The notes under the pieces are model-generated. The model was not told the origin of the DNA. It did not search any database and was given only the letters and a program-made list of their open reading frames with translations. A stretch of DNA of 64,000 nucleotides from Octopus vulgaris (taxonomy: Eukaryota): positions 24,180,001-24,244,000 of the forward strand of contig OX597833.1 of the NCBI GenBank assembly GCA_951406725.2. Reading direction: 5' to 3'. Both the position numbers and the translations under genes were made by a program. Positions 48,051 through 62,340 of this stretch are shown in pieces (position 1 is the stretch's first letter; the number at the start of each line of letters is the position of its first letter).

Positions 48051-49629
48051 TACAAGTGTTTGTGGCGTGTTCAGCCACGTATAAAATAATTCAGTCATCG
48101 AACGACAGAGAGCCATCAATACAATTCTTTCTTCGTTATGGAAAACATGGATTTTATCAAACATTGTTATTTGTCTGCTTCCTTTTCAATCCTTATCGAC
48201 CAACTGATGAGAACCACTAATCTAATGTTGGTTTGAGGAAACTCATCTTCCATTTCAAGTAGAGGCTCTTGCAGTGGTTTATCGGATGGGAGTCAGTCAA
48301 GGTACATATTTCTTCTAACCAGTCTGTCTGTATGTCAGTCTGTTTGCCTGCCTGCCCTGCCTGTCTGCCTGCCTGCCTGCCTGTCTGTCTGTCTGTCTGT
48401 CTGTATGTTGTTTTTAACCCCAGATCAGGCCTGATCGAGTAGACGTATGATCGAAGGAACTCTAGCGGTGACCAGAGACTTCGAGACAACACTTTGAACA
48501 ACACTCCTATCAGAAGTTGGGGAACCTCTGATTCCAACGGGTCTATTTTATTTATTTATTTGTTTATTTTTAAATTAGGACCTGTCAGATATTCACGGGT
48601 CACTCCTTGACTCTCCAGGCCACTCACTGATTCACAAGCGGAGCATCCCACTTTCAGTGTCTAGCCGTGATATTTATTGGACATTTTTGACAGTGTTTAC
48701 CTTATCCTGTTTCTTTTGAAAAGCTTGCGGGATGATTTAAGAGAATTCTGCAACTATTTCTTGAAGGGCAAACAAGAGATTTAACTGCTATTTTTAGCAC
48801 TTCCTGAGTGCCTGCAGTTTTTCCGCAGTGGTCGCAAGGGAGATAAGCAAGCTGAACTTGTTCATTGAGCAGGGCAGGTTCAGTTCTACAGTCAATCTAA
48901 GTAGCGTAATATCTTAGAAAACCGATACAATGAGAATGATGGCAGTACTGTGGTTCATTAGTAGTGGAGAAAGGAGAAGGGTAACGATAGGGAACAGCAA
49001 AATTGTAGGTGCAGAATGACTGAATGGTTAGAGAGTTCGTTTCGAAGTCCAGAGTTCGATCCAACCTGTGGCATTTTGGGCAAATATTTTGATGTAATTT
49101 CTGTTCGACTCAAAGCGTTTGTGCTGTTAAAAACTGAGAGGAAGCCGGTCGGATGGGTTGTTGATCCTTTCATTCAAAGGCACTGCCTTGTCATACATTG
49201 CGTGTGGAAGTTACGTTATGGATACTGATACCAGCGGAATACTCAGCCATTTACACACTGATTCAATGAGCAAGAAGTTCAGGTGATCGAACAACTGAAC
49301 ACACATCATTCAAGCCGTTTCGGCTCTCCCATCAACGACTCGCATCATATACATACATATGAAGGTGTACTACAAAATAACAGGAAATGTTCTCTGTGGG
49401 ACAAGCCCGTCGTAGTTCGGGCTTCCGCTATTAGAAGCCACTTGATGCAATCCTCAGGCATCAGTCGGCCCACTTTCGACGTTGGGTGAAGTTATACTGC
49501 CACGAGTATAAATGACACATATTGCTGTTAAATCCGGCGATGAATTAAGCCTACCACACAGCATGAACGGTCGACCCTATGCACTTCCACACACACACAC
49601 ACATATATATAATATATATACATATACTA

Positions 49630-49695
<66 letters not shown>

Positions 49696-49749
49696 TATAT
49701 AGATATATATACACACACATAAATATATATATATATATACATGTGTATG

Positions 49750-49787
<38 letters not shown>

Positions 49788-49837
49788 TATATAGATATAT
49801 ATACACACACATAAATATATATATACATGTGTATGTA

Positions 49838-49948
<111 letters not shown>

Positions 49949-50212
49949 GTACATATAATACACATATATACACACATACACACATATATAATACACACAC
50001 ACACACACACATAAATTAATACAAAAAAAAAAAACTAGGCGCAATGTGATACTATAAAGTAAAAATTCAATCCGCACTAAGAGTGCCCACGCATCTACGT
50101 TGCTAGAAATAAGAGTTAAAATAGACTTAATGCTGTAAGAAGACCGCAGTTACAGACATAGTGACCGGAGAGACAAATATACATATGTATGTGAGCAAGC
50201 GCGTGTGTGTAT

Positions 50213-50408
50213 ACGAGGGGTGCAGGAAACTTCCTTACCATAATGGTGTGGCCAAAGGCCTGACGAGCGGCCCAGCCTTCCGAGTTCTTTTACAGGGCTG
50301 CAATAAGTGTGTGAATCTGAGAGGGGAAATACGTTGGATAAAATCATAATTAACTGATTCCCCTGTATTTTCTTTTACTCAAAGCTAGAAACTTTTCAGC
50401 ACCCTTTG
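50213..50408. mobile_element. Short mariner-type MITE
   Basis: Imperfect TIRs cgaggggtgcaggaaacttcc / agaaacttttcagcaccctttg. Confidence 0.45.
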
Positions 50409-50421
50409 CAATCGCGCGCGC

Positions 50422-50528
<107 letters not shown>

Positions 50529-50622
50529 TATATGTACATATATGTATATATGTATATCTATCTATCACATATATATATATATATACGATATATATATATA
50601 TGTGTGTTGTTTTATATATATA

Positions 50623-50669
<47 letters not shown>

Positions 50670-51011
50670 AGACAGCTTGAAAAGTAGCGTGGTGTGAAAT
50701 TGTACCGTAGTTTTGCAGATGTCCTGTGCGTATTGAATACGGAAAACGATTAGGTATTTTAGAGTTATCTCCCTTACACTGTTAAAATTTATGATGTCCT
50801 ACACCTTAATGATTACAAAGCACATACCAATGTTACGGCTACATGTGTTGCCCCTAAAATACTTATCTCTCTCTTCAAACCTGATATTCAGAGTGAATGG
50901 ACTTAGATTTTGTTGTGTCATTGCATTGTCCAAGCACATATCCTTGAAATAATTATATAAAAATATGTGTGTGTGTGTTTGTATTTCTATGTATATATAT
51001 GTATAATAAGC

Positions 51012-51044
<33 letters not shown>

Positions 51045-51102
51045 TGTATGTATGTATGTATGTATGTATGTATGTATGTATGTATGTATGTATGTATGTA
51101 TG

Positions 51103-51187
<85 letters not shown>

Positions 51188-51659
51188 GCCTGTCTCTCTG
51201 TCTCTCTATCTCCCTGTCTCTTCTCTCTCTCTGTATCTATTTATCTAGCAATCTTTCTATCTAGCTATAAAAACCTGCGTACATACATGACATGCATACA
51301 CGCATATTACATTCATAAGCGCACATTATATCGATGAACTACATATATTTAAACTCGAATATGGATCCATTCATCTGTCTATCCATCCACACATAAGCAC
51401 ATATATATGTGTGTGTGTGGGTGTGTGTCTTTGTGTGTGTAAGTATACGTATGCACATCTGTACATATATATATAGACGATACCCACTGAAATCCTGGGA
51501 CACGCAAACTGACTGGAGAGTGGTATAAGGGAGACAATCCATAGCACTTGACCTTGCTTTGTATGTTTGAAAATTAGCCAGAAGGCCTTTTCTTCCTCCA
51601 ATTTGAGGCTATAGGCCACCGGCCATTAGGGTCTCTCTCTCTCTCTGACTTTATATATA

Positions 51660-51710
<51 letters not shown>

Positions 51711-52750
51711 CTGAAAGATAAAATTAATCAAAGGATATATTAAGTATGTCTACCTGCTGGAAATAACAGTAAAAACTCTTATTTAAATCGTGGTCCGGTT
51801 TCTGTACTGGCAAAATAAAATTGCCTTAAGGTCATCACCACGTGTTGCCATGAAAAGAGACCCAAAACTATTCGTATTGAAGTCTGCGCTGCAAGTGATT
51901 CGTTTTGCACCGAAATCAAATTCCGGCCACCAGTGAAAAAGATGCCCTCTATACAAGGGCAAAAAATTTGCGAGAAAATATATAGTTCTCGAAAATTAAT
52001 AAGCTAAGATATTATTGATTTTGTTATCATCTGGAATGACTAGTTTAAAAAAATGATAATAACAGAATCTACTTCGGTTGATTTCTGTAGTTATCATCAG
52101 TGTAATTTTGGCGATTTAAATAAGAGCTTTGACTGTTATTTCCAGCAGGTTGACATACTTAGTATGTCCTTTGATGAATTTTAATTTTAATCCTTCAGCT
52201 ATTAAATGCTTTTCTTGGGCCAGCGATCACCTATATTATTAATTCTGTTATTATCATTTTTTAAAATAGTCATTCGAGATGATAACAAATTTGATAATAT
52301 CAGCAAATTAATTTTGAGAATTATATTTTTTCTCGCGGTTGGCCTGGTGGAAACTGCGGGTTGGTAGATGATATGCAGTTTTTCGCGGAGGCACAGCTGG
52401 CAATTAAGGGCGCTAGGTGAAAATGGTGGCGCCCTGTCGATAATAGTCTACTTGATGCTGGATATTTCGTCTCGGGGGTTACGGAGTCTCCAGAGAAAGT
52501 GTGATAGGGAAGTGAAGTTCTCTCTGTCCCTGGATCTAAATGAATGCAAATGCTGGGAATAACATCCCTTGAAGTCATTGGCTGTCATGGCCGTGTAGTG
52601 CCTAGTAATGCCATTGGATGGTGTAAGGGTGGCTCTGTATACTACAACCCTTGAGAGACAGGGTCCTGATAGAGGGCAGGTAGTAGGGTTTCGAATGTTG
52701 AAAGTTGGGGTTGTGATGTTTCCGGCAACAAGTCTGCTCCTCAATGACAA
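51711..52750 (-). mobile_element. Penelope-like retroelement 3' remnant: degenerate GIY-YIG endonuclease plus inverted terminal segments
   Basis: CPLSGPCLSRVVVYRAT..RHYTAMTANDFK..YSQHLHSFR..TSLSHFLW.., then past a TAG stop NCQLCLREKLHII, matching PLE GIY-YIG C-termini; inverted repeats 51711..51790/52112..52201 and 51971..52048/52242..52335. Confidence 0.8.
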
Positions 52751-53668
52751 ACTGATGGAAACTTCTTGTTTAAGCTCAGAAACAGTCAGATGATGAGAGA
52801 CCCACGAAGTTTAAACACCTTTCCTTGTTCTTGAAGTTGTTTTATGAATGAAGTGTTTCGCTAATTCTCGTGTAGTTTGTGGTTTATTTTCCTCAACTAT
52901 GGTTTCAGAAGCTCAATATAGATAGAACTCTGCCGTCCAGCTTGAAGGGAATCTGGAAGAGAAAAATTTCCTGGCTAAGCTTTCGTTACTATGTTCGGAG
53001 GCTTCGTACCATTTCCATTGCTGAAAAGCCTTTTTTGAATTCCTACAGCATGCAGTATATGTTATAGATCTGTTCTAACATGGTGTAAAGTAATCTGTTG
53101 AGAAACATAAAAATCAAAAGAAAGAAACAAATATAACACCATTAGGCTGTGGAAATTACTGTTTATTTTACCGAAAGTATTGAAAAAGTACCCTATAAGT
53201 GATCATGTCAAAAATGCGACAAAATTATCTTTCCACCTTAATATCCATCTATCTATCCATCTATCTGTTCCCCTCCCCTCCCCCACAAACTTGTATTATA
53301 TCACACAGATACTCTAACTTGGAGTAGTTTCTTATATTAGACTCGAGTCGAAAATTTTAGTACCGTACACCGCTCCTTAGCGTAAAACGATTTATATATA
53401 TATATATAAATAATTTTTTTTCCGTAATGAGATAAAAAACCAAGGCTGTGTAGATTTTAGAATATTTATAAATGTTTTAAAATCTACACAGTCTTGGTTG
53501 TTTATCTCATTATGGAAAAAAATTTATACACACACTAATATATGCCCTACGTTGGACCCCTTATTCGCATAATCACCGAATCTGGAACTCAAGTATAATC
53601 TGTCCATAGCACTTATTCAGTATTACCTGACACCTTTGGGTCTCACTGACACCATTACCTCTGATAAC

Positions 53669-53767
<99 letters not shown>

Positions 53768-53854
53768 TATATTAAACTATGTGAAACGAAGGCATTTCTC
53801 TTGTACTTTTTATGTTTTCCACATATTTTCAAATATATATATTCATATATATAC

Positions 53855-53931
<77 letters not shown>

Positions 53932-55119
53932 TATACATACATATAGTCAAGTCAAGGATGTCATATCCTCATTAGGGATTAATAAATCCAGAATTTCACT
54001 GGTTTAATCTCCATCACATTAGAAGGAAATCCCCCCCCAGATGTCTTATGGATTATTTATTGTAGGTAAAATTAATAAGGTATGAAACTGGAGAGTTGAG
54101 GATGTTTCGTTAATTTATATGTATCATAGTTTGTTGTTAAGATTTAAATGCAAATAAATTTCTAAAAAACACAATAGAAAATTAAAAAATCCTACATATG
54201 TTTCGATTCTGGCCCCTTAATAATGGCTAATTCAAAGCATTTGGGTTAAATCCTATGTTAAGAATTTGTTATCATTTTAAGCTCTAGTGGGTAGGATCTC
54301 TTCAGTTTTTTTTGTTGTAATAAAACGGTTACATATTTAAAATTTTATTTCTTAGATAGTGTGTATGTATTTATTTACATATATACATATCTATCTATCT
54401 GTCTGTCTGTCTGTCTGCTGTATGTATGTATGTATGTATGTATGTATGTATGTATGTATGTATGTATGTATGTATGTATGTATGTATGTATGTATGTATG
54501 TACGTACGTACGTACGTGCATATGTATATAAATGTGTATATATGTATCTATGCATGTATGTATGGATGATTGTTAAATATTTTAAGCATTTCTGTTTTTA
54601 GTATGCTCATTGTTGATTCGTTTTAGTTTTATTTTATGGAATTCTTTGTTATATTTCCCAGTGGAGATTCAAGCAGGGCAAAAATGCTTAACGACATTTC
54701 GTCCGTCTTTAACGTTCTGAGCTCAAACCGTGTTCCATCGATAAAATAAGTACCAGTCGTGCACTGGGGTCGATAAAATAAGTACTAGTTAAGCACTGTG
54801 GTCGTTGTAATCGACTTATCGCCTTCCTCTAAATTACTGGCCTTTTGTCAAAACTTTAAACCAGTGTTTAATGGTGGAGAAACTAAGCGATCTTCTGTAT
54901 AGGAATTTCACCACTGATCTTGCATACTCGCGTCCAATGTCATTACCATCGTCTTATGTTCCCCTGGCCTATGATATTCAATCCGTTAAGCATTCTGTCA
55001 ATCGACATCTTTTAAATTTGTAGGTCCCCTTCTTTTCCGTCTTTGCACTCCCTTAAGCTGTAGTAGTCCCAAGCATCGTTTAGAACAAATTCATATTAAG
55101 AAAAATACATATATTGGTT

Positions 55120-55982
55120 TCAAATTATGGCACAGGGCCAGCAGCTTCAGGGGAGGTGTAAGACGATTACATCGATCCCAGTGCCCAACTGGTACTTATT
55201 TTATTGCTCTCGAAAGGCTGAAAAGCAAAGTCGTCCTCGGCGGAATTTGAACTCAGAACATAAAGACAGACAAAATACCTATTTCTTTACTACCCACAAG
55301 GGGCTAAACACAGAGAGGACAAAGAAGGACAGACAAACGGATTAAGTCGATTATATCGGCCCCAGTGCGTAACTGGTACTTATTTAATCGACCCCGAAAG
55401 GATGAAAGGCAAAGTCGATCTCGGCGGAGTTTGAACTCAGAACGTAGCGGCAGACGAAATACCGCTAAGCATTTCGCTCGGCGTGCTAACGTTTCTGCCT
55501 TTATCAATTCTGTTGTGCTGTCACTTTCAGATTATCAAAACAATATTGAGTTCTCTAATACGGGCTTCAAATTCTGACACAAGCCCAGCAAGTACCGGGA
55601 GGGAGGTGGGTTAAGTCAATTACATTGACTCCAGAGCTCAACTGGTACTTATTTTATCGACCCCAAAAGAATGAAAGGCAAAGTTGACCTCAGCGGAATT
55701 TGAACTCAGGATGTAAAGACGGACGAAATGTCGCTAAACATTTTGCCCAGTGTGATAACGATTCTGCCAGCTTGCTGCCCTGTTGATTTCTCTGATATTC
55801 TTTTCTACTCTAGGCACAAAACCAGAAATTTTTGGGGAAGGGCCGTCAATTAGATCGACCCCAGTACGCAACTGGTACTTAATTTATCGACTCCGAAAGG
55901 TAAAATCGACCTCGGTGGAATTTGAACTCAGAACGTAATGACAGACGAAATACTGCTAGCGTTTCTGTCAGCTCGACGCCTT
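55120..55982 (-). mobile_element. Cluster of 4 family A SINEs
   Basis: Same unit as above, with CpGs largely retained. Confidence 0.8.
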
Positions 55983-57032
55983 GATTTCGCTAATATTAAG
56001 ATGTCACATAAGCAAGTTCTCTACCCCTACCCGTAACTTGACATTCAATCGCCATATGTCTAAAAAGAGGTAAAAAATTATTCAAGGTTCAAAAACTATA
56101 ATCAAAAGTTGTAGAAGAAGAATTACAAAAAATAAAAAATAAAAAAGAAAAAAACTGAAGAAAAGATCTCTAAAACACTATGATACATATATTTTTCGCC
56201 TCAAATCAAATAATATTGAAAAGGTTTAACATAAGCGGGAAAGAAACGAACTGATTTATCTGACATCCCAATATTAACTGCAGTCTCACGAATTTAGGGT
56301 GAATAGTATTTGCCTATTACCTGAAACTTTTTATAAAACTCGGAAAGGATGGGAAGCAAAGTTGATCCCACTTTTATTTAAATAAATACATCGAAAAATT
56401 AAAACAAAATCCAAGGCATGTGTTACCAGCGAGTTAACTATTGTGCCATTCACCGCCCTCACCTAATTAAAAATAATAATGATTCGATGGTTCCTTCAAC
56501 ATTTCGACATTTTCCATGTCTAAAACATGACTTTAAAACACAGGAAGTCTTAGACGATTCGCTTTCCGGTTTAGTCTAAATGTCATCTGGATTATGTTTG
56601 CTTGAAAGTTTGAAGCAGTAAAAGTCCACCCTACAGAATATAACATTATACTTTGGCAAAAAGGAAAGGAAAATGTTTATAATAAACTGGCGAGCTCGTG
56701 CCATTCAAAACTGACTCAACGAAAGAGCTTACGGTGGTTGTTGACCGGCTAGAAATAGCGACCAAATCTCCCGTAAAGTACACTCCAAGAAAGGATGTAT
56801 TAATGTAGCTATGTTTGAAAGCAAAGACTGACTGGTCACTAGTGGAACGTCTTTGAACTTAAGTCTGCAATATGAGATCTGACCTGGGGTTTCAGCAAAA
56901 TAAAACCGCAGCAATAATGATAATCACAGAAACCTGATAAATTAGCATCCAAATCTCCAAAGCGGTCCCCACCTTCATAAACGGTGAATATATTTGATAA
57001 TGCATCAAATCTGAAAATAAAACAGAATGGTT

Positions 57033-57098
<66 letters not shown>

Positions 57099-57121
57099 GC
57101 AGCAACAACAATAATAATAAT

Positions 57122-57930
57122 TGCTCATTCCTCAGGTTGACCCTCCAGTTCCTGGCCAAAGCTTGGTCCTGCGCTGCCAGTATAGTGCTCTCAGTCTCTC
57201 TTTCTTTTTTAGGGTTCCTTTCATCAGCCAATCCCACATTTTTTTCCAGCAACTTCCACAATCAATTCCATGTAGCCGCTACAGAAGTTACTGGAAAATA
57301 AGTGGGATTGGCTGATGAAAGGAACCCTAAAAAAGAGATCGAGAGCAGCGCAGGACCAAGCTTTGACTACGAACTGGAGGGTCAACCTTAGGAATAAGAA
57401 AGTTTCTCCACTGTGCCGTATCTGCAATTGCCCATATCACGAACAAATGCTTTAAACTTGCCCCAAACCATTAAAAGTTGTCGCGACACACCAGATAGCG
57501 AAAGTGCTACACTGGAAAGTGTGCGAAAAGAGGGGGCGAGAAAGAGGCAAGACGTGGTATGAACACAAACCGCAGAGAGTGGCGGAGTCGGACACTAGCA
57601 AAATCCTCTTAGATTTCCCAATCTAAACAGATCAGTTGCTTGAGCATAACATCTCGGATCTAGTGGTGGTGGTCAAGGTGCACCACATATGTTATATAGT
57701 GGATGTTGCATGCCCCTTTAACTCACGAATAGTCAAGAAGGAAGGCGAAAAGATAGATACAACCCTCTTCAGTACAAAAAAGCCGGGCTATGGAAAATGA
57801 AGAAAGTAAAGATAGTGCCAATTATTGTTGGTTACTTGGAAACAGTATCAGAAAGCATCAAGAAGAATATAAAGGAAACTGGAATAGAGTGCCCAGTAAA
57901 ACCGTGACAAAAGGTTTGCCTCCTTCGCAC
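57122..57930 (+). mobile_element. R4/Dong-like RLE LINE 3' fragment with 5' inverted duplicate
   Basis: CRIC..H..C knuckle, RH.QIAKVLHWKVC, WYEHKPQRV, DLVVV..IVDVACP; 57124..57238 is an inverted copy of 57300..57398; abuts (AAC)n(AAT)n. Confidence 0.8.
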
Positions 57931-57959
57931 AGCTTTTTGTTTTCTGCATGATACCTCTG

Positions 57960-59295
57960 ATCTTGGTAGTTAGGAAAATGAACCTGGAGTACGAACTAAA
58001 GGAAAAATCTCAAACAATCAACCACTTCCTCTTCATGGATGATTTGAAACTGCATGGCAAGATGAAATACGAGTTCCTTGGTGAACATGGTCCACTCTTT
58101 TAGTACTGATATTAGAATAGAATTTGGACTCAAGAATTGCGGAATAATCTACATAAAAAGAGGCAAACTGCAGCCCCTAGCAGGGATAAAATTACCGATT
58201 AGAGACTTGATTAAACAAATTGAAACAAGAGTTCAACGAAATAATGGGAAAGGAAATGAACGAGTTACTGAGGATGGAGTATTTCCGAAAACTGAGGTTG
58301 GTGTTGCGCTCAAAACTGAGTTGATTGAATAAAATCCAAGCAGTAAATAAGTGGGCGATAGCATCACTTCGATATGGAGCAGGAATTATAAAATAGCAAA
58401 AGAAAGAAATAACGAAAATGGATACCAAGACCAGAAAAATGTTGATAGTACACGGAGCCTTCCACATTAAGAGTGGCACCGATAGGCAGTACTTGTCCAG
58501 AAGAGAGAATCGGAGAGGTTTGATCAGTTGCCAGGACAGTATCGAAGCAGAAGAAAACAGCCTAAAGAAAACTAAAGAAAAAATTAAACACGAAATGAAC
58601 AAAAAAAAAAGAAAGAAAAGAAAAAGCACGGAAAGAAAAGAAAATGCACGGTCAGTTTGCAAGAAATGTGAACGCCAAGACAGATATAGAGGACTGGTGG
58701 CTATGGATGAGGAGGAGTGACCTGAAGATAGAGACAGCAGCACTCATATGCGCAGCTCAGGAACAAGCATTAAAGACCAACTATATGAAATGCAGAATAG
58801 ACAACACTACCGATAACGACAAAACAGAATGTATGGCACATCTTTAGCGAATGACCGAGATTGACACAACGCGAATACAAAAGGCGCCATGACAATGTGG
58901 TAAGAATGATCTATTGGGAGCTCTGTAGAAATCACGGCCTACAAAGAGCAAAGAGAAAACTCCAGAATATGGTATGAGAAAACTCCAGAATAATTACAAA
59001 ATCTTGTGGGATGCAATAATCCAGTGCGATCACCCGACTAAAGATTGAAAACCGGACATTGTTGTGGTGAATAAAAAATAAAAAAACATTCATGATAATT
59101 GACATAGCATGCCCCGGTGACAACAGGATCAATGTGAAAGAAGAAGAAAAATAAACAACTATGACAATTTGACGTGGGAAATACGAAGGTTGTGGTCGAT
59201 GAAGAAAGAAGACATGATACCAATAGTAATTGGTACACTTGGAAGTATCAGCACTCACCTACCACATGGCTGAAAAATATCGGTGCACGTGTGAA
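57960..59295 (+). mobile_element. R4/Dong-like RLE LINE remnant (RT C-half to endonuclease)
   Basis: INHFLFMDDLKL, DIRIEFGLKNC, ICAAQEQALKTN, KPDIVVV..IIDIACP with stops and frameshifts. Confidence 0.85.
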
Positions 59296-59920
59296 GGTCT
59301 TCATGATATAGGAGAACCTCCAGCCAGGGCCATCTGAGGAAACTCACAGATCCAGGATCACCCTGACCACTAAGAGTACAAGCCCTCCCCCAAATGTTAT
59401 TCTCCAATCTACAGGCGCAGCTCATTCCTCGAGTAAGTCCATTCTTCCCATAAATCCCTATATACTCTGAAGCCACAACATCTAAGCAGTATTTGTCGAA
59501 AATTATGTTAAAAGGTATCCATTTTTCAGGATGTCATGAGGCAACAAAATTGGGGGTGTGTACATCTGTAGTAATGCCCTTTTATTTATACGATATTTTC
59601 ATTTTATGTTTATTTCATTCATTGTTTGCAAAGTTCTCTCTCCTCCCTCTCTCTATCTCACGCACATTGCAAAGTTTACAGATGGGCTGCTGAATTGAAA
59701 TCTCTATGTTGATTTGAGGGGAAGGTAAAACTTGACAAACTGCTTCTTCCTCTGTTGTTGGACTACCGTGGTGTTTGCTTAAAAATAGAGATTATGACTG
59801 TGATAAAATAATGAAAGAAATATTTACTAAGCGGAGGGTAGCCTTTCTGCTAGTATATAAAATGTATGCATGTATATAATCATATACACACATGCATACA
59901 TGTTTACATAACTACATATA

Positions 59921-61151
59921 CTGGGTCATCCCATAAATAAAAAAATACTTCTTTTATTTTTCAAAATTAAGATAAAGTTCTTTTTAAATCTAAAATATGC
60001 TCTTCCATCTATCTGGTAAACTTGCAAGGTCCCTCTTTCAAAATTCACTTGTCTGTGACGAAAAGTATTCTCCAGTACTGTTCTGACCTCGTCTACAGAA
60101 TTCATATTTTTTCCGTCCAAATGATTTTGAAGACTGCGGAATAAATGATAATCAGATGGGGCAATGTCCGGCAAATATGGTGGGTGGGGAATCGTTTCCC
60201 ATTCAGACTGATCCAGCCTTTGGAATGTGATCCTCGTTGTATGTAGCCGAGCATTATCCTGATGGCAGTATACCTTTCGTCTTCAAACCAAAATTGGTCG
60301 ATTTTCATCTAATGTTGACTTAAGCCGCTCAAGCTGCTCACTGTAGATCTCCAGTGTTATCGTTTGGTTTGGGTTTAAATATTCAAAGTGGACTAAACCT
60401 TTCATATCCCACCAAACAGATAACAGCACCTTACGTGAGTGAAGACCTTCTTTAGCCTGGGTTGCCGGTGTTTCTCCTTTCCCTACCCACTGTCTTTGAC
60501 GCTTCACAATTTTATAGAGAACCCATTTCTCGTCACCAGTCTCTGTTCGGTCCAAAAAAGGTTCATTAGTGAGGCGTGACAGCAAAGAAGAGCACACGTT
60601 CATTCTCTGAGTGCGATTAGACACGAAAAGTTTGTGAGGGACCCTTTGGCTCAATTTCCAGGTGTCCGTGTTGAAAGACCAAATCCAAGCTTCTCTGCTA
60701 GTTCCTCAACAGTTACGATGGGATTTTGTTCTATCAGGGTTTGCAGGACGTCCTCGTCGAGCTCTACAGATCTTCCAGGACGAGGCTCGTCTTCGAGGCT
60801 TAAGTTTCCGGCTCAGAATTTTTGAAACCACCGTTAACACTGATTTACGCTTATTGTTCGATCGCTATACACTATGTTAATATTCCTCGCATTTTCCGTT
60901 GCGTTGTTACCTTTATTGAACTCATAAAACAAAATATGCCGAATATGCTCCTTTGTCACTTCTATTATAGCTTTGAAAAAAATAGTTGTTAAAAATCGAA
61001 CTGCACTTTTCTAAACTTGAACTAAGAATAAGGCCCAGGTAAAATTACTACCTGCTTTTATAGCAAGTTGATGCAGGTACTTTATCCTGTCCCTCACTGA
61101 CTTTTAGTTCATGCAATTGAAAAAACCCGCATCATTTATGGGATAACCCAA
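59921..61151 (-). mobile_element. Full-length decayed mariner transposon
   Basis: TIRs tgggtcatcccataaat / atttatgggataaccca, TA flanks; VPHKL, TGDEKWVLY and PDIAPSDYHLFRSLQN in broken frames. Confidence 0.92.
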
Positions 61152-61639
61152 TATAAGCACAACATATACATACCTACAACAGCATGTTACGAAAACAGTT
61201 TCTAGAGCGTATAGAGTTATACAAATACAATTACATAAACAAGAGAGAAGGGATGAAGCAAGATGTTTATACTATATATGTAAGGACATTAAATATTTGC
61301 TATAAATAAATACATAGAATAAATACACACACGTAAGAAAAACTAAACTAAGGAAAACAAGTAAAATGTATATACAATGAATATATATATTTATAATGCA
61401 TGTATATTAGAACGTAATTGTTAACTTGACTACTTTGCTATTATTTTAATCTTTCAGCCCAACTTTGGATGTTATTACGGTAACAATAATTTCTATCCAG
61501 GCAATTAGAATGTTCTAATAAGAATAAGAAAAGCAATGTTGTATGGTTTAATATTCCATTTTCGTTGAGCATGAAACCTAATACAGATAAAAAGTTTGTC
61601 AACAGGTGTTATTGAACCGGCTAATGAAAGACATTTGTC

Positions 61640-62340
61640 TTTCAGTGCTACTCGAAACATAATCGATTTTTCAGATCCGATAGGGTCCTGTGAACATTAT
61701 TTTATCTGCGAGACAATTTTAAGAAATATGTATTGAGCTGCAGGTGTCTCTATATCCGCCTTTTTTGTTTTTTAACTTAATGAAAAACCTTGGTACTTTT
61801 AACAGAGACGCATTCTATGTAATTTTTGGATAATTGGGCTGTTCATCAATTTTGTAAACATATTTAAAGAACTACATTGTGACAGGAAAGCACGAGTCAC
61901 ACTCAAATGGTTACTCTCTAATGATATTGTGGTAGAAAATCGAGTTAAACTGGGCGATGTCCTAGTTCCTGCTTTGTTCTCTGTAATTTTACTGCATTTC
62001 TTACTTAAGCTTTTCTTCGATAAAATGTGTTCATAAAATTGATATCCATCTGCAATTTAGAATAACAGAATAAGGGTTGATTCAGCTGCAAGTCTTAGAC
62101 ATTTAAAACTTTGGTTAAAGAACTGTTTTTATAGATAATGCTGATTTTGTTGCTCCTACTGAAAATAACATGCAGCTCACAATGGCCTGATTCTCAGCTG
62201 CACGTATTGTTTTTGGTCTCACAATAAGCTTAGAGAATTAAATGGTAATATTGGCAATAACGTCAACTGAGCCCTATATTAAACGAAAAAGTTTCGTAAA
62301 TGGCAAAAAATTGAAGGCTCTGGACATATTTTTATATCTC
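61640..62340 (+). mobile_element. Decayed RTE reverse-transcriptase fragment
   Basis: VKLGDVLVPALFS, DNADFVA..ENNMQL and FGLTISL resemble LINE RT motifs. Confidence 0.6.

Noticed and set aside
47833-48084. Exon of a second host gene
   Set aside because: The opposite strand is a frameshifted RTE LINE 3' end
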